Shown in pieces: positions 53,849 to 64,000 of a stretch of 64,000 nucleotides of DNA. The translations under genes were made by a program, and so were the position numbers. The notes beneath the pieces were generated by a model. It was not told the origin of the DNA. It searched no databases and saw nothing but the letters and a program-made list of their open reading frames with translations. Location of the stretch: assembly GCA_002790095.1 (NCBI GenBank), contig PFUL01000183.1, positions 10,287-74,286 on the forward strand, read 5' to 3'. The stretch is from Elusimicrobia bacterium CG_4_9_14_3_um_filter_62_55 (GTDB lineage: Bacteria > Elusimicrobiota > Elusimicrobia > UBA1565). Position 1 is the stretch's first letter. Each line of letters starts with the position of its first letter.

Positions 53849-56698
53849 TCAGGTCTTCAGCACGACCCCGGCTCCGATGGAGCCGTCGATGTAGATTTTA
53901 AGCGGCTCCTCGAAGCGCGCCCAGCGAACGTGCTCGCTTTGGTCGACGGTTTTGAGCGCGCGAAGCCAATCCCAATCCAGGAAGCTTTCGTCTCCGCGGT
54001 GGCGGATCGTCAGGTAGCCGACCCCGAGCGAGACCACGTTGTGCAGAAAGTGCGTTCCCAGCGACGGTTCGACGACGAAACCCTCGTGCGTCGTTTCCAC
54101 GATCGCCTTGGCCGAGTCGATGTCTTCCCAACGCACGGGAATGCCGAGCAGAGGATCCGCCGAGCCCCAACGGCCGGGGCCGATGAGCAAGGTCGTCTCT
54201 GAGCGGGATTTAAGCCTCGCGTTGAATTTCGCGAGTTCCGCGGCGATCGCGCGGGTCTTGCTCCGTTCGAACGCTTCGGGAGGGATGAAGAGGATGTTCC
54301 GGACGCCGGTGATTTCGCCGTGCCCGAGCGCCCGCGGGGTTTTGAGCAGCAGGTCCGCGCCTGGAATATCGTCGAGCGAGACTTCCCCGCCCGGGGAACG
54401 GGACGGCATCGGCCGCAATTGAAGCACGGAAAGCCTGCGCGCTTCCGGATCGAAAGTGAATTCCAATTCCACCGGACAGCCGACCGCCTGCTCGGAGAGT
54501 TCCATCAGCCAGCCGAGCGTTTCGGCGAACGCGTGATCCGTGTCCGCGAGAAGCGGCGCGAAGGTGATAAGACGGGCTCCCTTGCGGCCGATGCCTTCAT
54601 AGAGTCGGTCGTCGGCTTGAATGTATGTGGAGGCGATGGGCGCGAGCACGCCGTCTTCCTCCGCCTGGGAGACGGGAAGGCTGAGCAGATTCGCGCGGCT
54701 TTCGCCCGCCGGCAGAAAATCACGGAGAGAAAGGTCAAGCGCCAGGAATTCACGCTGGGCGTTGCGGAACCAATCCTTCGTCGAGAAACTTTGCAAGGGG
54801 GCCGACGGGCGGGCGGGGGAGAACGCGTGGCAGCACCCGCCGTCTACCACCGTGGAACCGAGTCCGAGAGCGGCGTAGACAACGCCGTCTTCGGATTTAA
54901 GGGGGGGGACCGGATAGTAGTTGCGCGACTGCATGACTCCTGAAACGGAGGGATAAAAACGTTCTCCGTGGACGCGGCCGACCAGGCGCTGGATCAGCAC
55001 CGCCATCTTCTCCTCGCTGATCCCGCGCTGGAGGCTCGCGCGGCGGTTGCGGGCGCGTTCGGTGAAGGTCGAAGCGAAGACCATCCGAACCGCCCGACAC
55101 AACCGGTCGAGACGAACTTCGACGTCGGGGTCGTTGTTCGGGAGGAAATAGGTTTCGTAGAGTCCCGCCGTCGGCTGGAATTGGGCGTCTTCGGAGCTCG
55201 CCGAGGAACGCACCGCGAAGGGATAGTCCGCGCGTTCGGCCAAAATCCGCAAATCCTCTACGGCTAATTCGGGCAGACGCGCCGCGTCGAACGCCTCGCG
55301 CAGTTCGGCATCGCTCATGAGCCCTCGGTAGCTGGGGCGCAGATCGTTGAGGGTGAGGAATTCCTCGAAAATCTCCGTGGCGACGACCGTGGAGCGGGGA
55401 ATTTCGACGCGCAGGGCGTCCCGCGGGCTGCGCATCCGCCGGCGACTCAGCAGGGAATTCAGAAATCCCAACCCGCGGGCCTTTCCGCCGAGAGATCCCT
55501 CGCCGATCTTCATGAAGGCGCTGCGGCGTTTGGAAGCCAGGCGCGTGAATTCCGTGACGCTGCCGGAGTAGCGTTCTTCAAGCGTCTCGGAAAGCGCGCG
55601 GATCAAAAATCGTTTGAGATCCCCCGGGTGGGAGAATTCGCTGACCTTGCGGGGACGGATCATGTGTGCGAGTTCAAATTCCGTTCGCGCCAGCAGCCAC
55701 TTCGAGAAGTGATTGCGGCCGGCGTGGTAGTCGATGGACTTGTCGTCGACGGCGGGGAGGGAGTCCACCAATTCGGCTAGATCCGAGGCGCGAGCCACTT
55801 CCGTGCCGTCTTCGGTCCGGAAAACGAAGGCGCCGAATCCCATGTGCTCCCGGAGGAAGCCGCGGAAGCCGTCGGCCAGCCCCGGGTCTCCTTTCGCGAG
55901 AAAGGAGCAGTCGAGCGCTTTCGCCGCCGCCGCGGCGTTGCGATTCGAGGATTGGAGCAGGATCGGCATGTCCGGCGCTGCGGCGCGGATCTGTCGAATC
56001 AGTCTCAGACCGGCGTCGGGAGTCAGTTCGCCGTCTTTCGGAAATTGGATGTCGGTGATCACGCCGAGCAGGCGGTTTTGGTAGCGCTCGAACATCGTCA
56101 GCGCGGTTTCGTAGTCGCTCGCCAAAACTACTTTGGGCCGGGCGCGCATGCGCAGCATTCGGTGGCGGAGATTGATCCCTTCTTCGATCAAAGATCCCGT
56201 CTGCAGCAGGATTTCCGTGTAGAGTTGAGGCAGATAATAGGAATAAAACCGGACCGAGTCCTCGACAAGCAGGACGACTTGAACGCCGCCTTCCAGCACG
56301 TCGTGTTCGATGTTTCGCGCGTCCTCGACCTGCTTGATCATCGCCAGCAAAATGCGGACGTTGCCGTTCCAAAGATAGGCGCGGTTCACTCCATGCAGTT
56401 CCTTGGGCTGCAGGCGATTGAGATCGGCGGCGCTGTATGCCAGCAAAGCGACCGATGTGTCGGGAGAGCGCCGCTTGACTTCCTCGGCGAACTTATCGAG
56501 CGGCATCGCGCCGACGCGCGACATGGCGATGATCAGATCGAAGGAGGTTTCGGCGAGGCGATCGAGCGCTTCCTGAGCGGACGAAACGCGGGATATACGG
56601 GGGGTATAGCGCAGTTGGAGTCCCTGGTACTCCCCGAACAACACGTCGTGCAGCCGGTCGTCCTCCCCGATGACGAACGCGTCGTACGCGCTCGCCAC
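53849..56698 (-). CDS. Receiver-like domains fused to a PEP/pyruvate-binding (PPDK_N, pyruvate-water-dikinase-like) domain
   Basis: PPDK_N motifs GEGSLGGKARGLGFL, FAVRSSASSEDAQFQPTAGLYETY and MAVLIQRLV. N-terminal CheY-like segments (DLIIAMSRV, VVLLVEDS). The first canonical start is GTG at 56698, but a conserved-looking REILLV strand is encoded just upstream (see findings). Confidence 0.85.
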   Translation of the reverse strand: MASAYDAFVIGEDDRLHDVLFGEYQGLQLRYTPRISRVSSAQEALDRLAETSFDLIIAMSRVGAMPLDKFAEEVKRRSPDTSVALLAYSAADLNRLQPKELHGVNRAYLWNGNVRILLAMIKQVEDARNIEHDVLEGGVQVVLLVEDSVRFYSYYLPQLYTEILLQTGSLIEEGINLRHRMLRMRARPKVVLASDYETALTMFERYQNRLLGVITDIQFPKDGELTPDAGLRLIRQIRAAAPDMPILLQSSNRNAAAAAKALDCSFLAKGDPGLADGFRGFLREHMGFGAFVFRTEDGTEVARASDLAELVDSLPAVDDKSIDYHAGRNHFSKWLLARTEFELAHMIRPRKVSEFSHPGDLKRFLIRALSETLEERYSGSVTEFTRLASKRRSAFMKIGEGSLGGKARGLGFLNSLLSRRRMRSPRDALRVEIPRSTVVATEIFEEFLTLNDLRPSYRGLMSDAELREAFDAARLPELAVEDLRILAERADYPFAVRSSASSEDAQFQPTAGLYETYFLPNNDPDVEVRLDRLCRAVRMVFASTFTERARNRRASLQRGISEEKMAVLIQRLVGRVHGERFYPSVSGVMQSRNYYPVPPLKSEDGVVYAALGLGSTVVDGGCCHAFSPARPSAPLQSFSTKDWFRNAQREFLALDLSLRDFLPAGESRANLLSLPVSQAEEDGVLAPIASTYIQADDRLYEGIGRKGARLITFAPLLADTDHAFAETLGWLMELSEQAVGCPVELEFTFDPEARRLSVLQLRPMPSRSPGGEVSLDDIPGADLLLKTPRALGHGEITGVRNILFIPPEAFERSKTRAIAAELAKFNARLKSRSETTLLIGPGRWGSADPLLGIPVRWEDIDSAKAIVETTHEGFVVEPSLGTHFLHNVVSLGVGYLTIRHRGDESFLDWDWLRALKTVDQSEHVRWARFEEPLKIYIDGSIGAGVVLKT

Positions 56699-56797
56699 GA
56701 GGAGGATTTCCCGGACCTGGAACGACGCCAGCCGATCGAATCCCGGAAAGGCGGATTCGAAATCGGCTAGGTCGTTCTCTGCGTCGGACTCGGACAG

Positions 56798-58623
<1,826 letters not shown>

Positions 58624-58627
<4 letters not shown>

Positions 58628-59340
58628 ACATCCCGGTTACAGCCCTCCTTTTCGTCGCTCTATCGGCTGTTCCGGGAAGGGCGTTATCGACGTCCACGGT
58701 CGATTCGCTTTACTTCACCCGGGATCAGCCCGGGAAGCTGGAGGACACCCTTCCTTTATTGGAAGCCGAACCCGACAATCCCGAAGCCTTGTGGCGGCTC
58801 GGCAGGTCCTGGGTTCGCTTAGGCGAACGGCGCGACGGGAAGAAGGCTAAACTCGAGGCGTTTGAACGAGCGAAGGACGCGCTCGACCGGGCGCTGAAGG
58901 GCGACGCGGAGAGCGTCGAAGCGCATTACTGGCATGGGATCGCGCTCGGACGCATCGGGCAGACCCGGGGCATCATGCGGTCCTTGTTCATGATCGGGCC
59001 GATGAAGCGCGGGATGCGCCGGGTTCTTGAACTCGATCCCAAGCACAGCGGGGCGCATCACGTTCTCGGCGAGATGTATCGGCAATTGCCGGCTTTCGCG
59101 GGGGGGAGCCGCGCGTTGGCGGTAGCGGAGTTGGAGCGCGCGCTGGAGTTGGGCCCCCATCATACCGCTCACTATCCGGCGCTGGCGCAGGCCTATCTGG
59201 ACGCCGGGCGCCGGGAGGATGCGATTCGCGTGTTAAAGGCGCTCGACGGCGTGAAAATGCCGGCGGATCCTCCGGACGCCGAGGGAAACCGGGAAGAGGC
59301 GCGGCGGCTGCTCGACGCGCTCGTCAGCGGAAGTCGGTGA
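58624..59340 (+). CDS. Secreted TPR-like repeat protein
   Basis: Helical repeats (EALWRLGRSWVRLGE..., AHYWHGIALGRIGQ, HYPALAQAYLDAGRREDAIRVL). Start uncertain. TTG at 58624 gives a signal-like MNIPVTALLFVALSAVPGRALS and overlaps the upstream stop as TTGA. The ORF-track start is TTG at 58591. Confidence 0.7.
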
Positions 59341-60880
59341 GGCGTTCGCGGATCCCGCGCCGGTAGGGATAGGAAACGGCCTGCAGCCCGACGGTTCGGG
59401 CCTTGCGGTCACGCGGTTTGAAGAGAATCAATTTTTTCCCGTCTCCGGGTTCGAGGAGGGCGTTCAACTTGACCTTTCCGAGGCCCGGGGTTTCGGTTCC
59501 GTCGATCGCGTCGATACGGTGTCCCCGACGGATCCCCGCCTCGTAGGCCGGGGACTCCTCGTCGACCGAGAGAACGTAGGCGCCTCCCTTGCCGGCGGAC
59601 AGCGTCAACCCGTACCCGTTTCGGTAGCCGGCGCCGCGGCGAAGCTTCACGCGGCGGGGGGTCTTGTCCGAGGCGCTCAACAGCTTCAGTTCCACATTCG
59701 TCCCGACGGATCCGTAGAGACGGCGGATCGCCTCGGAGAACCCGAGCCGATAGACCGGCCTTCCGTCGATGTGAGTGACGCGGTCTCCTTCGCGGATTCC
59801 GTAGGCGTGCGCCGAGCGTCCCGCGATCACGTGAGACACTTCAAATGTTCTGCCGTTGCCGCTCGCGGTGCTCCGGAGCCAGAGGCCGGGCCCGGCGCGG
59901 TAGAAATCCTCCCGTTCGCGAATCAGAAGATCCTCGCGAAATTCGATTTGCAGGTTGCGCTCGGGATTCAGCAAGAAGGGATCCGCGTCCTCGGGAGCCG
60001 CCACCAGAGAGCCGCCCGCGCTGATCTGAACCCCGCGGTCGGCGTCGGCGATGGAGCGCAGCACGGCCGCGCAGGGGTAAGAGCGCCCGCCCGCAAGCGC
60101 GATCTTGAAGACGCTGAGTTGAACGACCCGCGCACGGCCTTCGACGGAACTCGCCGCGACGGCGGCCCAAACGCGGCTCCCTTGGGGAATGACGATGAAA
60201 TCGAGAGACGAGTCCGAAGCCATGGAGGTGCTGGTTTCCCCTTCGAGTACGTCGCCGACCTGAACGCTTTGCGCGATCCCTTTCGGGAAACGGATCCACA
60301 CGCGTTCCCCAGCGGCGACCTTGAACCCGGGAGCTTTCAGCGCCTCCAGCGGACGCTCGGACGCTTCCCGCGCGGCTTCCAAATGGGCGTCCCGGATTGC
60401 CTCCTCTCCCGGTGTGAGCAGGGCGGCGTCGCGCGATTCGGGACGCGGCCATAGAAGCGGGGGCATTTCGAGAACCATCAGTTCCCCGCGAAGATCGGGG
60501 CGGGGGGGGGCGTCGTCGAGTTTGTCGTCGATCCGACTGACGACGGCGGACAAACGCGTCTCGGATTTCCAGCTGCGCAGGGCTTTCGCAGCGTCCGTCG
60601 TCCGGCGAACGCGGCGGCCGTTGAGCGTCAGCAAAGTGTCGCGCGGGCGAAGGCCGAGTTTTGCGGCGGAGGATCCCTTGCGAACATGCAGCACGCGAAG
60701 ACCGGCGGGGCTTTGCGCCAGACTCACTCCGAAAGAGATGAGCAGATCGTGCGCATCGGCGAGGAGGGTTGCGCCCTTGGGGCGCGTCGGAACCGAGGCG
60801 CGGCGCGTGTCGGGGCCGGCTGCGGCGAACGAATCTGCCGCCGGGGAAAGGCAAAGGAGGGCCAAGATCAGAGGCCGCAT
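59324..60880 (-). CDS. Secreted multi-PDZ-domain protein
   Basis: Signal peptide MRPLILALLCLSPAADSFA. Three PDZ-like segments: LRVLHVRKGSSAAKLGLRPRDTLLTLNGRRV, FEVSHVIAGRSAHAYGIREGDRVTHIDGRPV and AYVLSVDEESPAYEAGIRRGHRIDAIDGTE. ATG at 60880 overlaps the upstream TGA by 1 nt. Confidence 0.85.
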   Translation of the reverse strand: MRPLILALLCLSPAADSFAAAGPDTRRASVPTRPKGATLLADAHDLLISFGVSLAQSPAGLRVLHVRKGSSAAKLGLRPRDTLLTLNGRRVRRTTDAAKALRSWKSETRLSAVVSRIDDKLDDAPPRPDLRGELMVLEMPPLLWPRPESRDAALLTPGEEAIRDAHLEAAREASERPLEALKAPGFKVAAGERVWIRFPKGIAQSVQVGDVLEGETSTSMASDSSLDFIVIPQGSRVWAAVAASSVEGRARVVQLSVFKIALAGGRSYPCAAVLRSIADADRGVQISAGGSLVAAPEDADPFLLNPERNLQIEFREDLLIREREDFYRAGPGLWLRSTASGNGRTFEVSHVIAGRSAHAYGIREGDRVTHIDGRPVYRLGFSEAIRRLYGSVGTNVELKLLSASDKTPRRVKLRRGAGYRNGYGLTLSAGKGGAYVLSVDEESPAYEAGIRRGHRIDAIDGTETPGLGKVKLNALLEPGDGKKLILFKPRDRKARTVGLQAVSYPYRRGIRERLTDFR

Positions 60881-63015
60881 CAAGGCCCCTCCGGCGCGGC
60901 CGTGCTCGGCGCCTGCCGTTCGCGCTGCGCGGCCGCGGCGGCGCGGCGCTCGCTATCCCTTCGGGCCTTTTCCTTCAGGACGGACTGGACTTCGCTCCCC
61001 GGGTCATCCTTCGAAAGTCCAGCGGCCTCGGAGCCTTTCTTCATAGACCCGGGGGTCAGCGCTGCGCCGTAGGTTTCGGCGAGTTCCGCGAGTTTCCCTT
61101 TGCTCGAGTCGTAGCACGACGCGTCGGGAAGCGCCTCGACCTTCGCGAGGTTGGGGAGAAGGAGTTCAAGCGCCCCCCGCACGTCGCCTTCCGCAAATTT
61201 CTTCTCGGCGTCGGCGGCGACCGACCGGAGGGCTTCCTCGATACGCGCCGCTCCGGTCGCGCGGGGGAGATCTTCGATGCGTACGAGCGTGTAGGTCTGT
61301 TCCCATTCCCCGCAGCGCGTCTGGTCATCGGCGTCGAGGAGCGCGAGCGCGCCCGCGTAGAGAGAAACGGCCTGATCCGTCCGGCATCGGCTTTCGAGTT
61401 CGCGCCCTTTCTTGACGGCCCTATCGAAAGCGTCCTGCGCTTCCCGCCGCCGTTGGGAGGCGATCATTAACTCGCGCAGGGTCTTGGAGAGGCTGGAGCT
61501 TACCCCTTCGGGGATTGCGTCGCATCCGGCCGGCAAATCGGCGAGCAAAGAGAGCGCGTTTCGCGCCCGGTCAAAACGGAAATCGCATTGCTCCTTGGAG
61601 GCGAAGAGGCGGGCCCCGTCGATCGCGGCGTCGAGGCGCTCGCGGAGTTCGCTTTGCCGCTGCACCGTTCTCCGCCGCTCTTCGACATGCTTGAGCAATC
61701 GGGCGAAACGGGGTTTAGAGGCCGAAGGCTTCAGGTCTTCGATCGCGGCATCGTAGCGGGAGAGCGCGTCGGAAAGCATGCAGCTCGAGGCTTCCCGGTC
61801 CGCTTCGGCCGCGAGCGCGAGCATTTCCCGGTAGCGAGGGGAGGGTTGGATCTCCACTTCCCGCGATAGTGTTTCCGCCCCGTCCGCGGAAATCCGGAGC
61901 CGATAGGTGACGGCGTCGTCGGTGCGGACCGGGAGCTTCGCCGTGAAGGTGTAGGGTCCGCCGTTGCCCGCGCGCAGCTTCCGTTGGAAGCGGTTTTCGA
62001 TCCCGGCCCAACCGCGGTCCACGAATCCGAGTTCTGAGATATCGATCTGCTGCCCGTCGGCGACGCCATAGACCCAATAGGCCATGGAAACGACGGCCGT
62101 GTCCCCCGTGTCGAGTGTCGAGGATCCGTCTTCGGCGAAAATATGCAGTTCCGGACCCGAAAATCGGACGACGGGACCCTGGGGTTCCGGGGTTTTGACG
62201 GAGAGGACTTCGCGCAAGCGCTCGATGGAGCCGCGGTCTTTCTCCAGGCCCGCAAGGACGGCTGCAAGCGCCTTGACGTCGTCCCTCAAGGTCGTGGAAC
62301 GCTCCAGTTCTCGGAGGCGTCCGCGCGTTTCAAAAACCGTCCAGAGTTTCCTCTGATCGGCGAGATAGGCCGGCATGTGCCGGGTCCAATCCTCGGAATG
62401 ATAGACCGCGGCTAGGTGTTCGAGGACATGGCGCCGTTCGGGGGATTCGGAAAGCCCGCGCGAAAAAATCTCCTGCGTGAATTCGCCGGCGGCCGCTTCG
62501 GGCGCGGAAATCCAGGCGGCGGAACGCGCTTCGAAGAACTCTTCACCCCAACGGGTCCGCATGAGATGTTTTCCTTCGGGAGAGGCCGCGAGGCGTTTAT
62601 CGAGTTCCCCGGCTTCCCGCAGCATCACCGCCAGAACGTCCACGGCCGCGCGCAGGCTCGGCGTCATCAGGCCTCCGAGCGGCCGGCGCTGGAGCGTTCG
62701 CAGGTCCTCAAGGGAGCCGTCTACGGCGAGGGCGCGCCGGTTGCGGCGGTAGAGGTCAAGAAACTCGCGGTAGGAGGCTTCGTATTTGAGGAGATCTTCG
62801 AAAAGGGGCCACTGAACGAAGGCAACCGTTCGCGTTTTTCCGGTCGACGCAAGAGAGACGAAACCGCGACGGTGCAGGAGGGTGAGTCCCTTTTCTGTGA
62901 ACGCGTCCTCCAATAAGACGGCGGCGCCGCGGCCGGGATCAACGGAGGATTCTGCCGCGCGGAGGGCGGGTCCCGGAAGCGTCAGGAAAAATAGCGTCGC
63001 GAGAAGAAGGTTCAC
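60880..63015 (-). CDS. Secreted protein of unknown function (711 aa)
   Basis: GTG start giving MNLLLATLFFLTLPGPALRA-AES, 14 nt after the panC stop. Normal composition with a helical-repeat-like C-terminal half. Confidence 0.8.
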   Translation of the reverse strand: MNLLLATLFFLTLPGPALRAAESSVDPGRGAAVLLEDAFTEKGLTLLHRRGFVSLASTGKTRTVAFVQWPLFEDLLKYEASYREFLDLYRRNRRALAVDGSLEDLRTLQRRPLGGLMTPSLRAAVDVLAVMLREAGELDKRLAASPEGKHLMRTRWGEEFFEARSAAWISAPEAAAGEFTQEIFSRGLSESPERRHVLEHLAAVYHSEDWTRHMPAYLADQRKLWTVFETRGRLRELERSTTLRDDVKALAAVLAGLEKDRGSIERLREVLSVKTPEPQGPVVRFSGPELHIFAEDGSSTLDTGDTAVVSMAYWVYGVADGQQIDISELGFVDRGWAGIENRFQRKLRAGNGGPYTFTAKLPVRTDDAVTYRLRISADGAETLSREVEIQPSPRYREMLALAAEADREASSCMLSDALSRYDAAIEDLKPSASKPRFARLLKHVEERRRTVQRQSELRERLDAAIDGARLFASKEQCDFRFDRARNALSLLADLPAGCDAIPEGVSSSLSKTLRELMIASQRRREAQDAFDRAVKKGRELESRCRTDQAVSLYAGALALLDADDQTRCGEWEQTYTLVRIEDLPRATGAARIEEALRSVAADAEKKFAEGDVRGALELLLPNLAKVEALPDASCYDSSKGKLAELAETYGAALTPGSMKKGSEAAGLSKDDPGSEVQSVLKEKARRDSERRAAAAAQRERQAPSTAAPEGP

Positions 63016-63029
63016 AGGCTTCGCATTAT

Positions 63030-63875
63030 TTATCGTCTTATCGGGACGTTGTCAATAAGCCTGGTGTTTCCGAAAAAAACCGCCCCTAAAAGCCGAAGGC
63101 GGCCCGACAGGCGCTGCGCGGGCTCGAGCGTTTCCGTCTCGGCAAGCCCGACATAGTCGAGCCGGGCCCCCGGTATTTTTAGAATCCGCCGGCGTACGGC
63201 GGCCACGACGGAGGCAGGCGTCGCCGAGGCCCGGCGGGATTCCTCGACGCCCGCGAGAAGCGCGCGGTGAAACTCCGGCGCGGCCGCACGCTGGGCCGGA
63301 TTCAGGAAGACATTCCGGCTGGACATCGCGAGACCGTCGGATTCCCGCACGATCGGGCAGCCGACGACGCGGACCGGGAAATCGAGATCCGCGGCCATCC
63401 GGCGCAGGATCACGAGCTGCTGAAAATCCTTTTCGCCCAGGAAGAGCGAGTCCGGCGCGACCTGGGAGAGCAGTTTCGCGACGACCGTCGCGACCCCGCG
63501 AAAATGCCCCGGGCGGGAAGCGCCGCAGTAGCGTTGGGAGAGTCCGGAAACTTCAACGAAGGTCCGCGCTCCGGGGGGGTACATGGTTGAGACTGCGGGA
63601 TGGTAGAGCAGCGCGGCTTTTTCCCGGCGGCACAGCGCGGCGTCTTTCGCGAAGGGGCGCGGATACTTCGCAAGGTCCTCTTTCGGGCCGAATTGGATGG
63701 GATTGACGAACACCGAGACGACGACGCGGTCGCACGCGATTCGGGCGCGGCGGACCAAGGCGAGATGCGCCTCGTGGAGCGCCCCCATCGTTGGCACGAA
63801 ACCCACGCGAAGCCCTTTCCGGCGCCAGGCGGCGACGGCTCTGCGAAGCGACGAGGGGGAGCGGACGATTTTCAC
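63030..63875 (-). CDS. panC: Pantoate--beta-alanine ligase
   Basis: GFVPTMGALHEAHLALV, VVSVFVNPIQFGPKEDL, GASRPGHFRGVATVV, FLGEKDFQQL, ESDGLAMSSRN. Start chosen at GTG 63875 (VKIVRSP), which overlaps the upstream stop as GTGA. The ORF-track ATG at 63941 would add a Pro/Gly-rich extension. Confidence 0.93.
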   Translation of the reverse strand: MKIVRSPSSLRRAVAAWRRKGLRVGFVPTMGALHEAHLALVRRARIACDRVVVSVFVNPIQFGPKEDLAKYPRPFAKDAALCRREKAALLYHPAVSTMYPPGARTFVEVSGLSQRYCGASRPGHFRGVATVVAKLLSQVAPDSLFLGEKDFQQLVILRRMAADLDFPVRVVGCPIVRESDGLAMSSRNVFLNPAQRAAAPEFHRALLAGVEESRRASATPASVVAAVRRRILKIPGARLDYVGLAETETLEPAQRLSGRLRLLGAVFFGNTRLIDNVPIRR

Positions 63876-64000
63876 AGCAGGTGGCTCTCGAAGAAGGAGC
63901 GGATGCGGCGGTCGTATTCCTCCGGCGCCGCCTCCTGGCATCGTCCGTGCGTCGCTCCCGGAACCACCCAGAGTTCCTTCGGTTCCCCGTTGCGCTCGTA
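63872..64000 (-). CDS. 3' end of an alpha/beta-hydrolase-fold gene, truncated by the window edge
   Basis: The minus-strand frame open from nt 64000 reads YERNGEPKELWVVPGATHGRCQEAAPEEYDRRIRSFFESHLL* and stops at 63872-63874. The GATH catalytic-His context and the C-terminal pattern are typical of the fold. Not in the ORF track because its start lies outside the window. Confidence 0.6.
   Translation of the reverse strand, partial: YERNGEPKELWVVPGATHGRCQEAAPEEYDRRIRSFFESHLL

Overview
GC-rich (by eye about two-thirds G+C) bacterial chromosomal fragment, apparently from a diderm organism; I cannot place the lineage from sequence alone. I support about 30 protein-coding genes. I saw no rRNA, tRNA, CRISPR array, transposase, integrase or phage genes. 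Three giant genes take up about half the window: 59..15109 (at least 5016 aa, possibly continuing upstream of the window), 36196..45984 (about 3262 aa) and 46102..53217 (2371 aa). All three have signal-peptide-like or secreted-looking N-termini, central hydrophobic clusters and very long coiled-coil or low-complexity stretches; the first and third also end in a C-terminal tail-anchor helix. The first carries a beta-rich region followed by TolC/OEP-like repeats. The second carries a SecA-type ATPase split by a roughly 1,385-aa helical insertion at the position of the SecA preprotein cross-linking domain. The third carries a TonB-like Pro/Lys-rich spacer and a poly-glycine tract. Together they look like parts of an undescribed envelope-spanning apparatus, but that is inference. 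The 23-kb block holding a DUF1861/GH144-like secreted glycosidase, a 932-aa secreted protein and giant genes 2 and 3 is bracketed by two same-orientation copies of a 116-bp AT-rich palindromic element. The 28-bp core of that element has the 11-6-11 layout of a Xer/dif site. Other genes: a secreted HNH nuclease, two paralogous Gly/Ala-rich membrane proteins, an orphan sensor histidine kinase followed by a LysM-FecR protein, a CBM48 plus glucodextranase-C-module pair, a receiver/PPDK_N protein, gdhA, a CoA-binding protein, a TPR protein, a multi-PDZ protein, panC and a partial alpha/beta hydrolase at the right edge. Many long Arg/Gly/Pro-rich ORFs antisense to or out of frame with these genes are GC-content artefacts. 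All domain calls come from motif recognition by eye and need profile or structure searches.
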